The translations under genes and the position numbers were made by a program. A stretch of DNA of 64,000 nt, from positions 124,001 to 188,000 of the forward strand of contig MCFH01000066.1 of assembly GCA_002104945.1 (NCBI GenBank), read 5' to 3'. Within the stretch, counting starts at the first letter, position 1. Each line of letters begins with the position of its first letter. This DNA is from Piromyces finnis finn (taxonomy: Eukaryota; Fungi; Neocallimastigomycota). Shown here in pieces: positions 48,673 through 61,413 of the stretch. The notes under the pieces were generated by a model, which saw only the letters and a list, made by a program, of their open reading frames with translations, ran no database searches and was not told the origin of the DNA.

Positions 48673-49280
48673 TGTAAAGATATCAAACGCCTCAACTTGA
48701 TATCTTTAATGTAACTTAAGCCACAAGTATTATTGTTTAAGTTACACAAATTATATTCAGAAAAAGAAAATGAGACATAATTTATTTATTAATAATTAAA
48801 ATTTAAAACAAAATAAATTATTAATTTATTTTTAATGTTTAACAAGTAAATTAATATTCTCAATTTAAATCCCTAGTTTTAGTATTGTTTTTTTATAGAA
48901 ATAGATAAATAATAAATGATTAATATATCAATAATACATGGGCACATATTCAAATTAAATAGTACTTAATTTGAATTGCCAATTGTATTTTACTAAAAAT
49001 AGTTATAGTTTAAATATTTATTGATAATTAAGATTTTAGTGTAGATTTTAAATAATAATATATAAGAAATAAATAGTTATAATATAATATAATTGTACTT
49101 AGGAAAAATATAAATAGAAGATATTTTTCATCATTTTGATCGATGTAATTGTTATTAATAAAATTTCTATTATAATAAAAGATATTTTTAATAAAACAAT
49201 TTTTTATTTTATTTTTCAAATTTTTGTGTTATTGTAATAGAATAGATATCCTAATCTATTCTTTCTGTGTCACCATTACA
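48673..49280 (+). mobile_element. Family X LTR with non-matching flanks
   Basis: TGTAAAGATATC..CACCATTACA; flanks GTGCG / CACGT; left neighbour is E integrase, right neighbour is LINE RT. Confidence 0.92.
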
Positions 49281-51140
49281 CACGTATACCTAATTTATAT
49301 AACTTTGTAAGGATATTAAAAATAGGAACTGAGTCGTATGCTTTCTTAAGGTCAAGAAAAGCAACATAAGTGGCTTTTCCTTTAAATTTTCTTCTTTGAC
49401 AGATTTCTTTAATGGAAATAAATAAGCTAATGCATTCTTCTTTATTGCGAAAACCAAAATGCTCAGGTTTTATAAAATTATGAGAAAGAGCATACTTTGA
49501 AATTCTATTAGTTACAATTTTTGAAATGATTTTAAGACCTACATTGATGAGAGAAATACCACGATAATTATTACAGTCTGAAAGATCGCCTTTCTTTGGA
49601 ATAGAAACAATGGAAGCAGAGTTCCATTTCAAAGGAAAGGAACCATTCCAGATTTTGTTAAAAATTAATTTAAGACAATTTCCAGCAGACTTATGTTCTT
49701 TTTTTCCAGTTCTTCGCTACAAAAGAAAGCTTTGAAGAATTCAATTGGGATACCATCGGGACCTGGAGTCTTATTATTCTTCATTGACAGAACAGTATTT
49801 CTAATCTCCTCAATAGAGATGGGATCATTAATATTACATACTATTTGATTTATATGATTGAATTGGATGGCTCTTTCCCAGTAACCCCGATTTAAACTAT
49901 AATTTGTAACATCAGATGCAAGATTTTCATAATGTTCAGCCCAACGTTTTAATTGTTCTTGAGGAGTAAATAAATCCTTGCCATTCTTGTCCTTAAGAGT
50001 TGAAACATGAGAGGATAACTTGGTTTGGCAAGTTTTTTAAGGCCTTTCCAACCTTGTCTAAAGCTTATATCTATAGAATGTTTACCGATAGAAACAATAT
50101 TAGCTTTATAGAGATTGAATCTGAATTTACTCTTAACCTTTTTGATAGTATTACATAGATTTTGGTATATGGAGAACTGGTTAAGATAATTTTCCATGTC
50201 AGCACAATCTGAAATGGTTTTAATATTTTTGTAAGCCAGGTGTTTTTTATGTGATAAGTTTTTGATGTATTTAGGGCAATGGAATGCTGGACATTTTAAA
50301 TCTGCAGGCACAATGGCTTTTATTTCTTTACCTATAGTTTTGGAGGTATATCTAAAAATTTGGAAACCATATCGTCAGCCGATAGGCTATCGCAATTTGC
50401 TTCAAGCTCAGAAGCTAGAACAGCAAAGCGATTACTAGTAAGAATGTCAGAACACTTTGTATTACAGATATGACTTGACCATTTAAAGGTCTTATTAGGC
50501 TTTTTGAAACCATCAGAAGAGTCTTTTTTACAAGATACAAGGATCGGTTTGTGATCAGAAACATCGTGAAAAACTTCGCAAACTGAAGATTTGTTTATGT
50601 GTTCTGTCATAGCTTTGTTGTATATAATATGGTCAATGCATGAATATTTAGATCCTTTTTTCCAGGTAAAATTATTATCAGTTAACTCAGCCATAGTCCA
50701 ATCCGGGAAGTGTTGTGAAATATAAGATTTGATTTTAATAGCTGACATATTGAAGTCTCCTACAAGGATAGTTGGGTGGTTGAATTTGTAATGTGTTGTT
50801 AACCACTTATCAAGTTCATCAAAGGCAATTAATCTAGCATCCGGCCATCTAGTTTGCGGAAAGTAAATATTACCTATGGTACATCTCTGGTTCCAAAATG
50901 ACAGTATTGTAACTGAAATAATGTACTTATATAGAAGAGGTTCAGGAGTAAAGGAACAAGAATTATTAACACCAATGTAAAGTCCTCTCATACCTGGAAC
51001 TTTAGGATTAGCACGTCTATGTACTGGTTTATAGTTCGGTAGGCATGGGGAGGAAATTGCATTACCACAGAAGAATTGGCTGTTACCTACTTCTTGAAGG
51101 CAGATACATACAGGTTTGAAAACAGAGATGAAGTATAAAA
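49281..51140 (-). mobile_element. LINE remnant 2: APE-type endonuclease, linker and RT N-terminus
   Basis: ICLQEVG, GNIYFP, LVGDFNM, SCIDHIIY, VSDHKPI, then GPDGIP and YRGISL..LDLKKAYDSV; frameshifted. Confidence 0.92.
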
Positions 51141-51242
51141 TAATATGTTATAAAAGTTGTTAAATCAACTACTATCTAAAATAAGTTGAAGGTGTAAGGG
51201 ATATATGATATAACAACTAACACTCAAATTATCGACTCTATT

Positions 51243-51364
51243 AGCCTAGTACCTTGAGCTTAGTCCTTATAATATTTCCAAATAAATACTAACCAAGTAT
51301 CCATTGCGCAATGCTTGGATTTATTTTCCCTACTCGCTCAGTACCATGAGCATGAGTAGAGCCC
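51243..51364. other. Structured dispersed repeat (three hairpins), copy 1
   Basis: Homologous to 63421-63534; stems gctca-GTACCA-tgagc, ccaag..cttgg and ctactc..gagtag. Confidence 0.6.
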
Positions 51365-51489
51365 CTAGAGAATCATCAAATAGATGAAGACCAGGGTTTA
51401 TAGTCTTTTCCTACAATGCTTCAGAAAAGACGATCCTCTTTCGCTGCTTTGCATGGCGACCTTGAAAGAGGAAATAGCTTTATGGATGG

Positions 51490-51673
51490 AAATATCGTTT
51501 AACGACATACATCTAATGTACATAGATTAAGTGAGCGTTGAAGCTGAAGATTTAGTATGACAGATCAGGAGGGTCACAATTCCTTAACAATAGGAAGGAG
51601 CCAACTTTTCTTTAAGAACCACCATTGGGGCTTACTCTGACTGATGGTAAAAATGCACTCGGTAGTTAAAAAA
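51490..51673 (+). mobile_element. LINE-tail family R, copy 3
   Basis: Colinear with 27670-27850; ends GCACTCGGTAGTTAAAAAA. Confidence 0.7.
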
Positions 51674-52275
51674 TCTTTTTTTTTGTAATTTTTAATAAGT
51701 AAAAAGGAGATAGCGGAAAAAGAACGGAAAACATCTCATGTACAATAGATGAACGAATGTAACTTTTTTTCTGTAGAAAATTAACAACAAATTTATAATT
51801 AGACCATACAAGAGAATCTGACTATCCAGTCATAGAAATATTATTCTGCCCAATATCAAAGTAGGTTAATTGAACTAAAAATGTGTAAATTTTGGAAATT
51901 TTTAAGGTAGCAAAAACCAAATGCTTCGTTACCTTTTTTTACCTTTTTATTGACTTAAATAAATGAATCAACAAGACTCCTATTATTTTATCTATTATTA
52001 TGTAAAGCCACAGCCAAGAATGATAACTCTGTTTAATATTATGAAAGAGCTTAAAGACTATGATTGTGATATAATTATGGATTCAGAAATCTTGAAATAA
52101 TTAAAATGATACTTTATGTTTTTTTTTATTTTATAAAATTTAATTTATAGCATATTAAATATATATACCTTTTTATTTTTTATTATTATACATTTTATGT
52201 TTATTTTAATATGAGAAACATATATATTTACATTTTCAAACATGAATAAATTTAAATTATACAATAACCTTTGAA

Positions 52276-52800
52276 TTATTTTATTGTAGCAAAATTAAAA
52301 CTTTTAGGAGAAAACTTTTCCGATTTAAGCAAAATTTCGGTTTTATTAAATCCATATTTTTTACAAGCAAAAATAAATTTTGAATTTATCCAATTTTTAA
52401 TAATATTAATGTTATTATAGAATTCTGGTATTGAAGATAATTGTATATTACCTTTATTATTAATTCTACCAGGAAGCTTTCCGTCTTCGCTTAATGTGTA
52501 ATCCTCTTCAATATATGGAGTTAAAAATGTTTGCAATTCTTGGATATGAGATTCAAAAATATTTGGATTAAATGCAGAAATTAATACTTCTTTTAAAATA
52601 TTTCGAAATTGTTTAGTATTTTTATAAACTAATTTATCAAGAATTGGTATATTATATGCCCAATCAGCAAATGAGAACGCTACTCTATCTTTTTTTTTAT
52701 ATAATCTAGTTCCATCTTGATTCCATCTTCCTTTTTTTTTATGTATCCATTTTCCAATGCCATTATTAAATGTATAATCATAATCATAATTAATTATTAT
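52276..52800 (-). pseudogene. CotH-kinase-family C-terminal fragment or exon
   Basis: DYDYTFNNG...ILKEVLISAFNPNIFESHIQELQTFLTPYIEED resembles CotH C-termini as I recall them; the upstream part is replaced by Copia sequence; possible acceptor TTATAG near 52802. Confidence 0.5.
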
Positions 52801-54939
52801 GTCTATAATTAGGAAAATCAAAAACATATTTACTTCTATAGAAAAACAAGATATTAAAATCATGAGTGAAGTTGAGAAGGTAAAAATTATTTATCATGCT
52901 CTTCCAAAATGCTTACAAGAAAGAATGACTATCCACAAAAATTAAATATGATGAATTCATTGAAGAAGCTATTGACAAACATTTAATGATCGCATACCTC
53001 AAGGATAAATCAACTATTAGTAAAATTGACAATGTCAAATTGTCAAGTGATGATCAAATGGATATAGATTTTATCTCAAAAGAAAAAATTTTCAATAAAA
53101 CAAAAACAATTCCAAATAACAAATACAAAGGAAAATCTACTAAAAATTATTGCTACATTTGTGAAGCGTATAATCATAGCTTAGATCAATGTAAATTTAA
53201 TATAAAAACAAAAATAGAGATGGAAATAAAAATAGAAATACATCAGAGAAACATTCAAGAAATCGAAAACAAAAGGGTAGAAATTTTAAAAATAATAATT
53301 TTAGATCAAAATCTTCAAGAAATTTTTAAAATATTGAATATTATGAAGAAGATAATAAATATGATAATGTAAGTTTCTATGAATTAAGGAAAATGTATGA
53401 TAAAGACTTTTCTAGTTTCGAAAAAATAAATAATCACAATAAAAAGGAAGAATTTACGAATGATAATAATACTCGAAAATTTCAATTAAATAACTTTGAA
53501 TACGATGCATTAAAAATAAAACTGTATGGACTTTTGACACTGGCGTATCGGAACATATAACTTGCAACAAAGATATTCTTGTTAATTTTATCGAAAAAGA
53601 AATCAAAATGAAGTGTGCAAATAATACATTATGTAAATTTTCAGGCTACGGTTCTTATATTGGAACAATCAATAATAAAAGAATTGTCTTAAATAATGTC
53701 TTTTACTCTAATCAAATCAAAAAGAATTTTTTAAGTGGAATTAAATTGGCTAAAAATGGAATTATAACCAATATTGCTGAAAAAGGTAATAACGTCTATT
53801 TAAGTTTAAAAATAAAAAACAAAAATAAAAATAATAACAAATTTATTGGAAGATTTAAAGCGAATGAAAACAATATTATACAAATTGTGTCAAAGAATAT
53901 AAATACTCCAAAATTATGTATTTCAAGTATGCAACAAAATAATTCATCAAAACTAAATGATGAAAGTAAGTTATTATAGGTTAGGACGTTTTTATCATGA
54001 TAACCTAGAAAAATATTTGGAAATACATAATATTAAACCTATTCAATGTTTACTGCAATATTGCTAAAATAACTAGGAAACCACATAATGGTAATACTTC
54101 AAAAGCTACCCAAATATTAGAAGTTATTCATTCAGATGTAATGGGCCCTATTGAAGAATCAATTACTGGAAAGAAATATATTCTTACTTTTATTGATGAA
54201 TTTTCAAGGAAAAGCTGGATTTTCTTATTAAGAGACAAAAAAGAAATAACAAAAACAACAATTAATTTTCTCACATATTTAAATAATCACTTTGGAAAAA
54301 ACATTAAAGTTTTCAGAAAAGATCAAGGAACTGAATATAACAATGATAAAATCAAAAATTATTGCGTAAAGCGTAAAGGAAGGTATTAATAAAGTTTTTT
54401 CTCCACCTCATAACTCAGAAAATAATGGAATTGCCGAACGATTTAACAGAACTTTAGTTAACTGTGGGAAAACTCTACTAAAATGAGCTAGAATTAATAC
54501 AAATTTCTGGGACTATGCTACTAGATATGCAAACATTTTATACTACATGGCTCCGCATAAAGGTATAAAAAACAAAATTCTAGATGAGGTATTTTATAAT
54601 AAAAAAGTAATTTTAAAATATATTAAAGTGTTCGGATATTTAGCTTATTATAAAGATATTAATCAAAATAAATCAAAATTTCAAAGTAATTCAAAAATGG
54701 GTATTTTTCTTGGCTATAGTTTTGAGTCAAATTGTTATATAATTATGGATTATTATAATTATAATATTCGACTTATTAAAGAAGCAATTTTTGATGAATT
54801 CACACCTGCTGGCTTAGCTAAAGATCAATTTATATTTTCAAGTAATTCAAACAGCAAAATTAACAATAAAATAAACACAAAACTTTTTAATGTTGATAAC
54901 TATATTTTAACATTCCCAGCAAACATTTTCCCAGAACTA

Positions 54940-55164
54940 AATAGTAATAGTAATAGTAATAGTAATAGTAATAGTAATAGTAATAGTAATAGTAATAGTA
55001 ATAGTAATAGTAATAGTAATAGTAATAGTAATAGTAATAGTAATAGTAATAGTAATAGTAATAGTAATAGTAATAGTAATAGTAATAGTAATAGTAATAG
55101 TAATAGTAATAGTAATAGTAATAGTAATAGTAATAGTAATAGTAATAGTAATAGTAATAGTAAT
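54940..55164. repeat. (AATAGT)n perfect hexamer, ~37 units, in frame as poly(Asn-Ser)
   Basis: Direct reading. Confidence 0.95.
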
Positions 55165-56596
55165 AAAATATCATCAAATTTTTATTCAATATAATAATGA
55201 TTTTTCTGAAAATGAAGATACTTATTATAGACATATAAATATTGATTTAAATAATTCAATTAATAATAATCAATCTCTTAATAATAATCTAAATATCTCT
55301 AATAATAATGCTAATGAAACTAATACTATCAATAATCGAATTTATGATAATAACTAATATTAATATGCATAATAATGATAATGAACACAAGAAAGTGCAT
55401 TTATATAATAATGATTAACAATTAAAAATAACAATTTAGAAACACATATAAATACAACTAATATTAACAATGAAAATGAATATATACATATTAACGAAGA
55501 ATCGATTAATTTAAATTTAGAATCTACTAATTATAATACTTTAAATATTACAAATAATAATAATAATGATAATATAAATAATAAAAAACATCACTCTCAA
55601 TTAGATAAAAATATAAGTTAAAATCAGGCTCAAAAAGAAAATGTTCTTTTGATGAAGACTTAAAATACTCTAAAAGAATTGATTCAAAATGTAATAATGA
55701 TATTATCCTTTCTACTAAAAGAAAACATTTTAATCCGGACGATAATACAATTTTTAATAAAAAGATTAAAAATAATTTATACAATGTCAACAATTTACCA
55801 CTTAAAAGATACAACAGTGATCATTCATCTACTCACTCTAAAAGAATAGATCTTAGTAAAAATACAAATAGTGATATTAATAACTACGTTATATTCAATA
55901 TTATTACTGATACATCATTTTCATATAAACAAGCAATTAACTGTAAAGACAAGGATAAATGGATAGATGCTATTCAAAATGAACTTAATTTATATTCAAA
56001 TAAGATTATGACTTTAATAAAAAAACTACCACCTGGAAAAACTCCTATTACAACCAAATGAGTTTTTACAATTAAACACGATGCTCATGGTAATATTGAT
56101 ATATATAAGGCAAGACTGGTTGCTCGCGGTTTTACTCAAACTCAAGGAATGGATTATGATTTAACCTTTCCCCCTACTCTTAATTTAGACTGTTTCAAAC
56201 TAATTTTAGCATTATCTTCTAAACTTAAGTGGAATATTTTTCAATTAGATATTAAGGCAGCATATCTTAATGCTTCCCTAGATTATGACATTTATACTGT
56301 TATTCCTCCTGGTGATCCATACCATGGAAATGGTTACTGGAAACTTAATAAAGCCTTGTATGACTTAAAACAATCTGGCCGCCAATGGAACAATAATTTT
56401 ATTTCTTTCATTAAAAACAACAAATTCATCCAATTGAGTTATGAATCTTGCATTTTTATGAAAAGAAAGGGGGAAAATATTACATATATTATCGGACTCT
56501 ACGTAGACGATTTAATTATTTCAGGATTAAATTATGAAATTAAATGGATTATAAATAGAATTAAAAATAAGTTAAAAATTTCAAAATGTGAACCAA

Positions 56597-57213
56597 TGTA
56601 ATGATGACACAGAAAGAATAGATTAGGATATCTATTCTATTACAATAACACTAAATTTAAAATAAAAAATAAAAATTATTTTATTAGAAATATCTTTTAT
56701 TATAATAGAAATTTTATTAATAACAATTACATCGATAAAATGATAAAAAATATCTTCTATTTATATTTTTCCTAATTACATTTATATTATATTATAACTA
56801 TTTATTTGAAATATATTATTATTTAAAACCTATGCTAAAATCTTAACTATTAATAAAATATTTAAATTATAACTATTTTAGTAAAATTAAATAGGCAATT
56901 CAAGTTAAGTACTATTCAATTTGAATATGTGCCCATGCATTATTTATATATTAATCATTTATTATTTATATACTATTTATCTATTTCTATCAGAAAACAA
57001 TACTAAAACTAAGAAATTAAATTGGGAAATTTAATTTATTTGTAAAACATTAAAATTAAATTAATAATTTATTTTGTTTCAAACTTTAATTATTACTAAA
57101 TAAATTATGTTTTATTTTCTTTTTCTGTAATATAATTTATGTAACTTAAACAATAATACTTGTGGCTTAAGTTACATTAAAGATATCAAGCTGAGGCGTT
57201 TGATATCTTTACA
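56597..57213 (-). mobile_element. Solo LTR, family X, in Copia RT
   Basis: TSD ACCAA at 56592-56596 and 57214-57218; RT continues ..KCEP|INYILGI. Confidence 0.93.
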
Positions 57214-57552
57214 ACCAATAAACTATATATTAGGAATAAAAGTTGAAGAACATAATAAAAAATATTCTATTTCACAAGAACAATTTATAAATAATATGCT
57301 ACAAAAGTTTAACATTACAAATACTAGAAAAGCCAACACTCCTTGCACTGGTAAAAATAAAACTCCATTTGATAGAACGACATACAAAAGTGCAATCGGC
57401 TCATTAATTTATATAGCAAAATGCATAAGACCAGATATATCTTTTTCAGTAGGAAAAGTAGCTAGAAATTCAGAAAATCCTATGGTTAGTGACTGGAAAA
57501 AAGTAATGAACATTTTTAAATATTTAAATAAAACAAAAAGCTATAAAATCAT

Positions 57553-58333
57553 TGTAAAATATTGTATTAATAGAATAAGAATAATGTATTTAATAAGTAT
57601 TTAAAATAATGTATAATGTATTAAATTAATGTACCGTAAATTTTCATAAAATTTATATCACAATACATTAACATAAATTTATGTAAAATTTAGCTTATTG
57701 ATAAGATAAAGTTTTTGATGATAAAATAAAATTTTAAATTAAATAATTTTTAACCAATAAATATTTTAGATAATAAAAAAATTTTTTTATAAACTAAGCC
57801 TCAAAATTAGAAATAAATAAATTGAATATATGTTTGAAATATAATCAACCATATAGTAAATAAATCAAAACTTTATTTTAAGTTTAGAAAATTCTTTAGT
57901 AAATAAATTGAATTTAAATAGTTTAATACAAATAATTTCTTTTAATAAATGTATAAATGTAAACAATGTAAAATTATAATATTAAAACATGCATATTAGA
58001 ATTTATTCAATTTAATTAAAAAGTATAAATAAAGAAAATTTTTCAACTATTGAAACGATAGTTGGAAAATCGTATAGTATAGTTTATATAGTTTAGTTTA
58101 AGATAGTTTTTAATAATAAATATTGATTACCTAGTGAGGGCTCTGGTAAAATATCCTTCACGGTAAAGTAATCAACGGTTGTTTTTAGAATAGATTTTTT
58201 TTAATAAAATTATAAATAAAATAATATTAAAATTAATTAGTTTACTTGTTTTAATTTAGTTTAGTGTACGTATACAAACCTGAACTAGATAGTTTATTTT
58301 ACACCTCCTCGAGGATTCGGATACCAGACGAAT
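57553..58333 (-). mobile_element. A-like (E-type) LTR 57553-58303 plus the E-type PPT motif 58304-58333
   Basis: Homologous to the A LTR along its length; followed by the same 30-mer as at 47868-47897 (29/30); no TSD. Confidence 0.8.
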
Positions 58334-58396
58334 GGAAAAGAACTAAACTAATTTATTAAATATTTAATCGAGTGAAAATTTTTTTTTTTTACATTA

Positions 58397-58844
58397 TGTA
58401 ATGTTGAACATAGAAAGAATAGATTAGGATATCTATTCTATTACAATAACACAAAAATTTGAAAAATAAAATAAAAAATTGTTTTATTAAAAAATTATCT
58501 TTTTTTATAATAGAATTTTAATAATAACAATTACATCGATAAAATGATGAAAAATATCTTCTATTTATATTTTTCCTAAATACATTTATATTATATTATA
58601 ACTATTTATTTCTTATATATTATTATTTAAAATCTACACTAAAATCTTAATTATTAATAAATATTTAAACTATAACTATTTTTAGTAAAATACAATTGGC
58701 AATTCAAATTAAGTACCATTTAATTTGAATATGTGCCCATGTATTATTGATATATTAATCATTTATTATTTATCTATTTCTATAAAAAAACAATACTAAA
58801 ACTAGGGATTTAAATTGAGAATATTAATTTAATTGTTAAACATT
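58397..58844 (-). mobile_element. Family X LTR, truncated by V copy 2
   Basis: TGTAATGTTGAACATAGAAAGAATAGATTAGG start; colinear with the other X copies up to ttgttaaacatt. Confidence 0.88.
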
Positions 58845-58859
58845 TGTAACGAATACTAG

Positions 58860-59357
58860 TGTAAAAGGTGTTTTTATAATATTAGTTAATAAGTTATATA
58901 ATTTAGTTAATTAAGTTAGTTATTACCTCTCTATACGAGTTAATAACTAAACAAAGTTTTATAAAAAATAATAAAAGAAATAAAATAAATATTATAACAC
59001 TAAAATAATTACAAACAAATGTATAAAGATTTGATGAAATAATGTTTACTTAAATAATTCTATATTAATTATATCTTTTATTTATTAATTATAATTATAT
59101 ACATTAATTATTATTATAGTTACTAATTTACTTTAATACTAACGCTAAAGTATTTAACATTAGTTTTAACTATACTATTTAACTATATTAGTTTATTTTA
59201 TTTACCACTTGATTGGGTAAAGCAAATAAACTTCCTATTTAATTAATAACCATTAATATATGGTTATACATATATTTGGCCAATAAATGGTGACCAGAAT
59301 ATATGGTTTCAATTGAAATATTTGTGGGCAAACTTATGGCCACAAATATTTCTTACA
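58860..59357. mobile_element. LTR family U, copy 1 (498 bp)
   Basis: TGTAAAAGG..TTCTTACA, flanked by ACTAG on both sides. Confidence 0.88.
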
Positions 59358-59362
59358 ACTAG

Positions 59363-59857
59363 TGTAAAAGGTTTTTATATTATTAGTTAATAAGTTACTA
59401 ATTAGTTAATTAAGTTAGTTATTACCTCTCTATACGAGTTAATAACTAAATAAAGTTTTATAAAAAATAATAAAAGAAAGAAAATAAATATTATAACACT
59501 AAAATAAATATAAACACTTATATAAATATTTTATGAAATAACTTTTACTTAAATAATTATATTTTAATTATATCTTTTATTTATTTATTATAATTATAAT
59601 ACATTAATTATTATTATAGCTATTAATTTACTTTAATACTAACGCTGAAGTATTTAACGTTAGTTTTGACTATACTATTTAACTATATGAGTTTATTTTC
59701 TTTACCACTTGATTGGGTAAAGCAAATAAACTTCCTATTTAATTAATAACCATTAATATATGGTTATACATATATTTGGCCAATAAATGGTGACCAGAAT
59801 ATATGGTTTCAATTGAAATATTTGTGGGCAAACTTATGGCCACAAATATTTCTTACA
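59363..59857. mobile_element. LTR family U, copy 2 (495 bp)
   Basis: Same termini and ACTAG flanks; many substitutions and small indels relative to copy 1 in the first two thirds. Confidence 0.88.
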
Positions 59858-61413
59858 ACTAGAAATAACTAAATTGTCTTAGTGGTTAGTAGCTAAGACT
59901 TTGAGTCTGAATGACACTAGTTCAAGACCTCATAGATACTATTTTAAAAATTATGATTTTATTTTATTTTTAAATTTTATTTTATATGAAGATTATTGAT
60001 TGGTTAAGAATTTTAAGTTGAAAAAATTTTATAAATTAATTTAAAAAATTTTTAGTATAAATACGTGTGAATTTTCCCAAATATTTTAAAGAATCGAGAT
60101 TTTATTAATAAATAATTATATTATTAAACACTAACTTATTAAGTTAAATTCTATGTGTTTTTAATGATATTTTTATAAATTAATAATTTACAGAATATTT
60201 TAAAGTGTTAATATTACTAAGTTATTTAGTAAATATTATAATTTGTTTTTATTGTTAAAGACACATTTCTTTACAATAAAATCTCCCTATAATATAAAAG
60301 CTTAATACCTTAGTGTTTAAGAAATTGTTATAGATAAAACTTTTAAGTTTTATTGTTGAAGCTTTTCTTTAAAGAAATATTTTTACTTAAAGTAGTAGAA
60401 TTAGTACGCTTTAGAAGCGGTATATAATTCAAACTATAAAAAGTAAAAGATTAACGGGATCGAGTTTAACCTGTACAATAATTGGGTTGGCAGGCTCTGA
60501 GCTATTTTACTTTGAATAAGGAAGTAGGAGAATCCGAGGTACACCACGTTCAAGACGCTGTAATAAGCAAGCTGGCGTGAGATTTATAGTTGTATACTAT
60601 CTTTTGCTGTTTGATTATAGACCGGAAAATAGCCGGAAATGCCTTACTTTAATAAAATAATATTTCTTAATTAATACATTTTAAAATTAAGTTTTCTAAT
60701 AAAACAATTTCTAATTTTTAATTATAATTATTAATTGTTAAGACAATTTATTAAAATTGTAATAATATAAAATATTATTCTTTATAACTCCTTTAGCGTG
60801 AGAAGTTAAACTCTTATACATAATACTTCTACGTTCGGATAAGGTTGATATAGGGAAAGAAAACCTGTAATAATTTTTATTGCTAACAATAAGTTAGACA
60901 CTAAAAAAAATTTTTACACCGTTCCTTTCTTTTATTAATTTAATTAATATTAACAATCGACTTTATACGTGTTATCGTGAAGAGCTACGAAGGACTTATT
61001 ATAAAGAATAAAACAGGTTATATATTTGATGGTTTAACACTATATAATCTGGTTTGTATTATTATTTAATAAAAAGATTTACTCAATTAATAAATATAAT
61101 TAAATACTTTATACTTATCCAGATTTGATTTTAAACTCATTTATAGAGCTGGAAAGAAATCTGGTAAGCCTGATATCTGTCTCGTAGAAGTGATCATTTA
61201 GTGAATAATATTAATCCTAATGTTTCTTGTCTTTCTATTTCGCTACATCATAGCGATAACAAACCGTTAATCGATTTTATTTTATTAGAACTTAAAAATG
61301 ATGATTTGTGTAATTCCATTGTCAAATTTAAAATGAATGATTCTACAGGAAATGCACCTATTAAAAATATTGATAAAGTTATTTTTGATGATGAAGGATT
61401 TTTATTATATAAT

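Larger units (their letters stand above)
52862..57552 (+). mobile_element. Degenerate Ty1/Copia internal region (gag end, protease, integrase, RT)
   Basis: Order PR-IN-RT: CYICEAYNHSLDQC, WTFDTGVSEHIT, IHSDVMGP..FIDEFSR, NNGIAERFNRTL, YKARLVARGF, QLDIKAAYLNA, LKQSGRQW, YVDDLII; many stops and frameshifts. Confidence 0.93.
58845..61413 (+). mobile_element. Element V copy 2: 5' LTR (58845-60275, with two U LTRs nested), PBS 60276-60285, leader and RNase H-end fragment
   Basis: LTR homologous to 23550-23958; PBS ATAAAATCTC is complementary to GAGATTTTAT at 60096-60105; SRFDFKL.YRAGKKSGKPD..SRRSDHL near 61115-61200 resembles element B. Confidence 0.8.

Noticed and set aside
51700-52100. Slightly GC-richer stretch that may be a decayed coding remnant
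   Set aside because: All frames I tried are interrupted and no motif was recognisable.
54887-55234. Poly-tyrosine ORF on the minus strand
   Set aside because: Antisense reading of the (AATAGT)n microsatellite.
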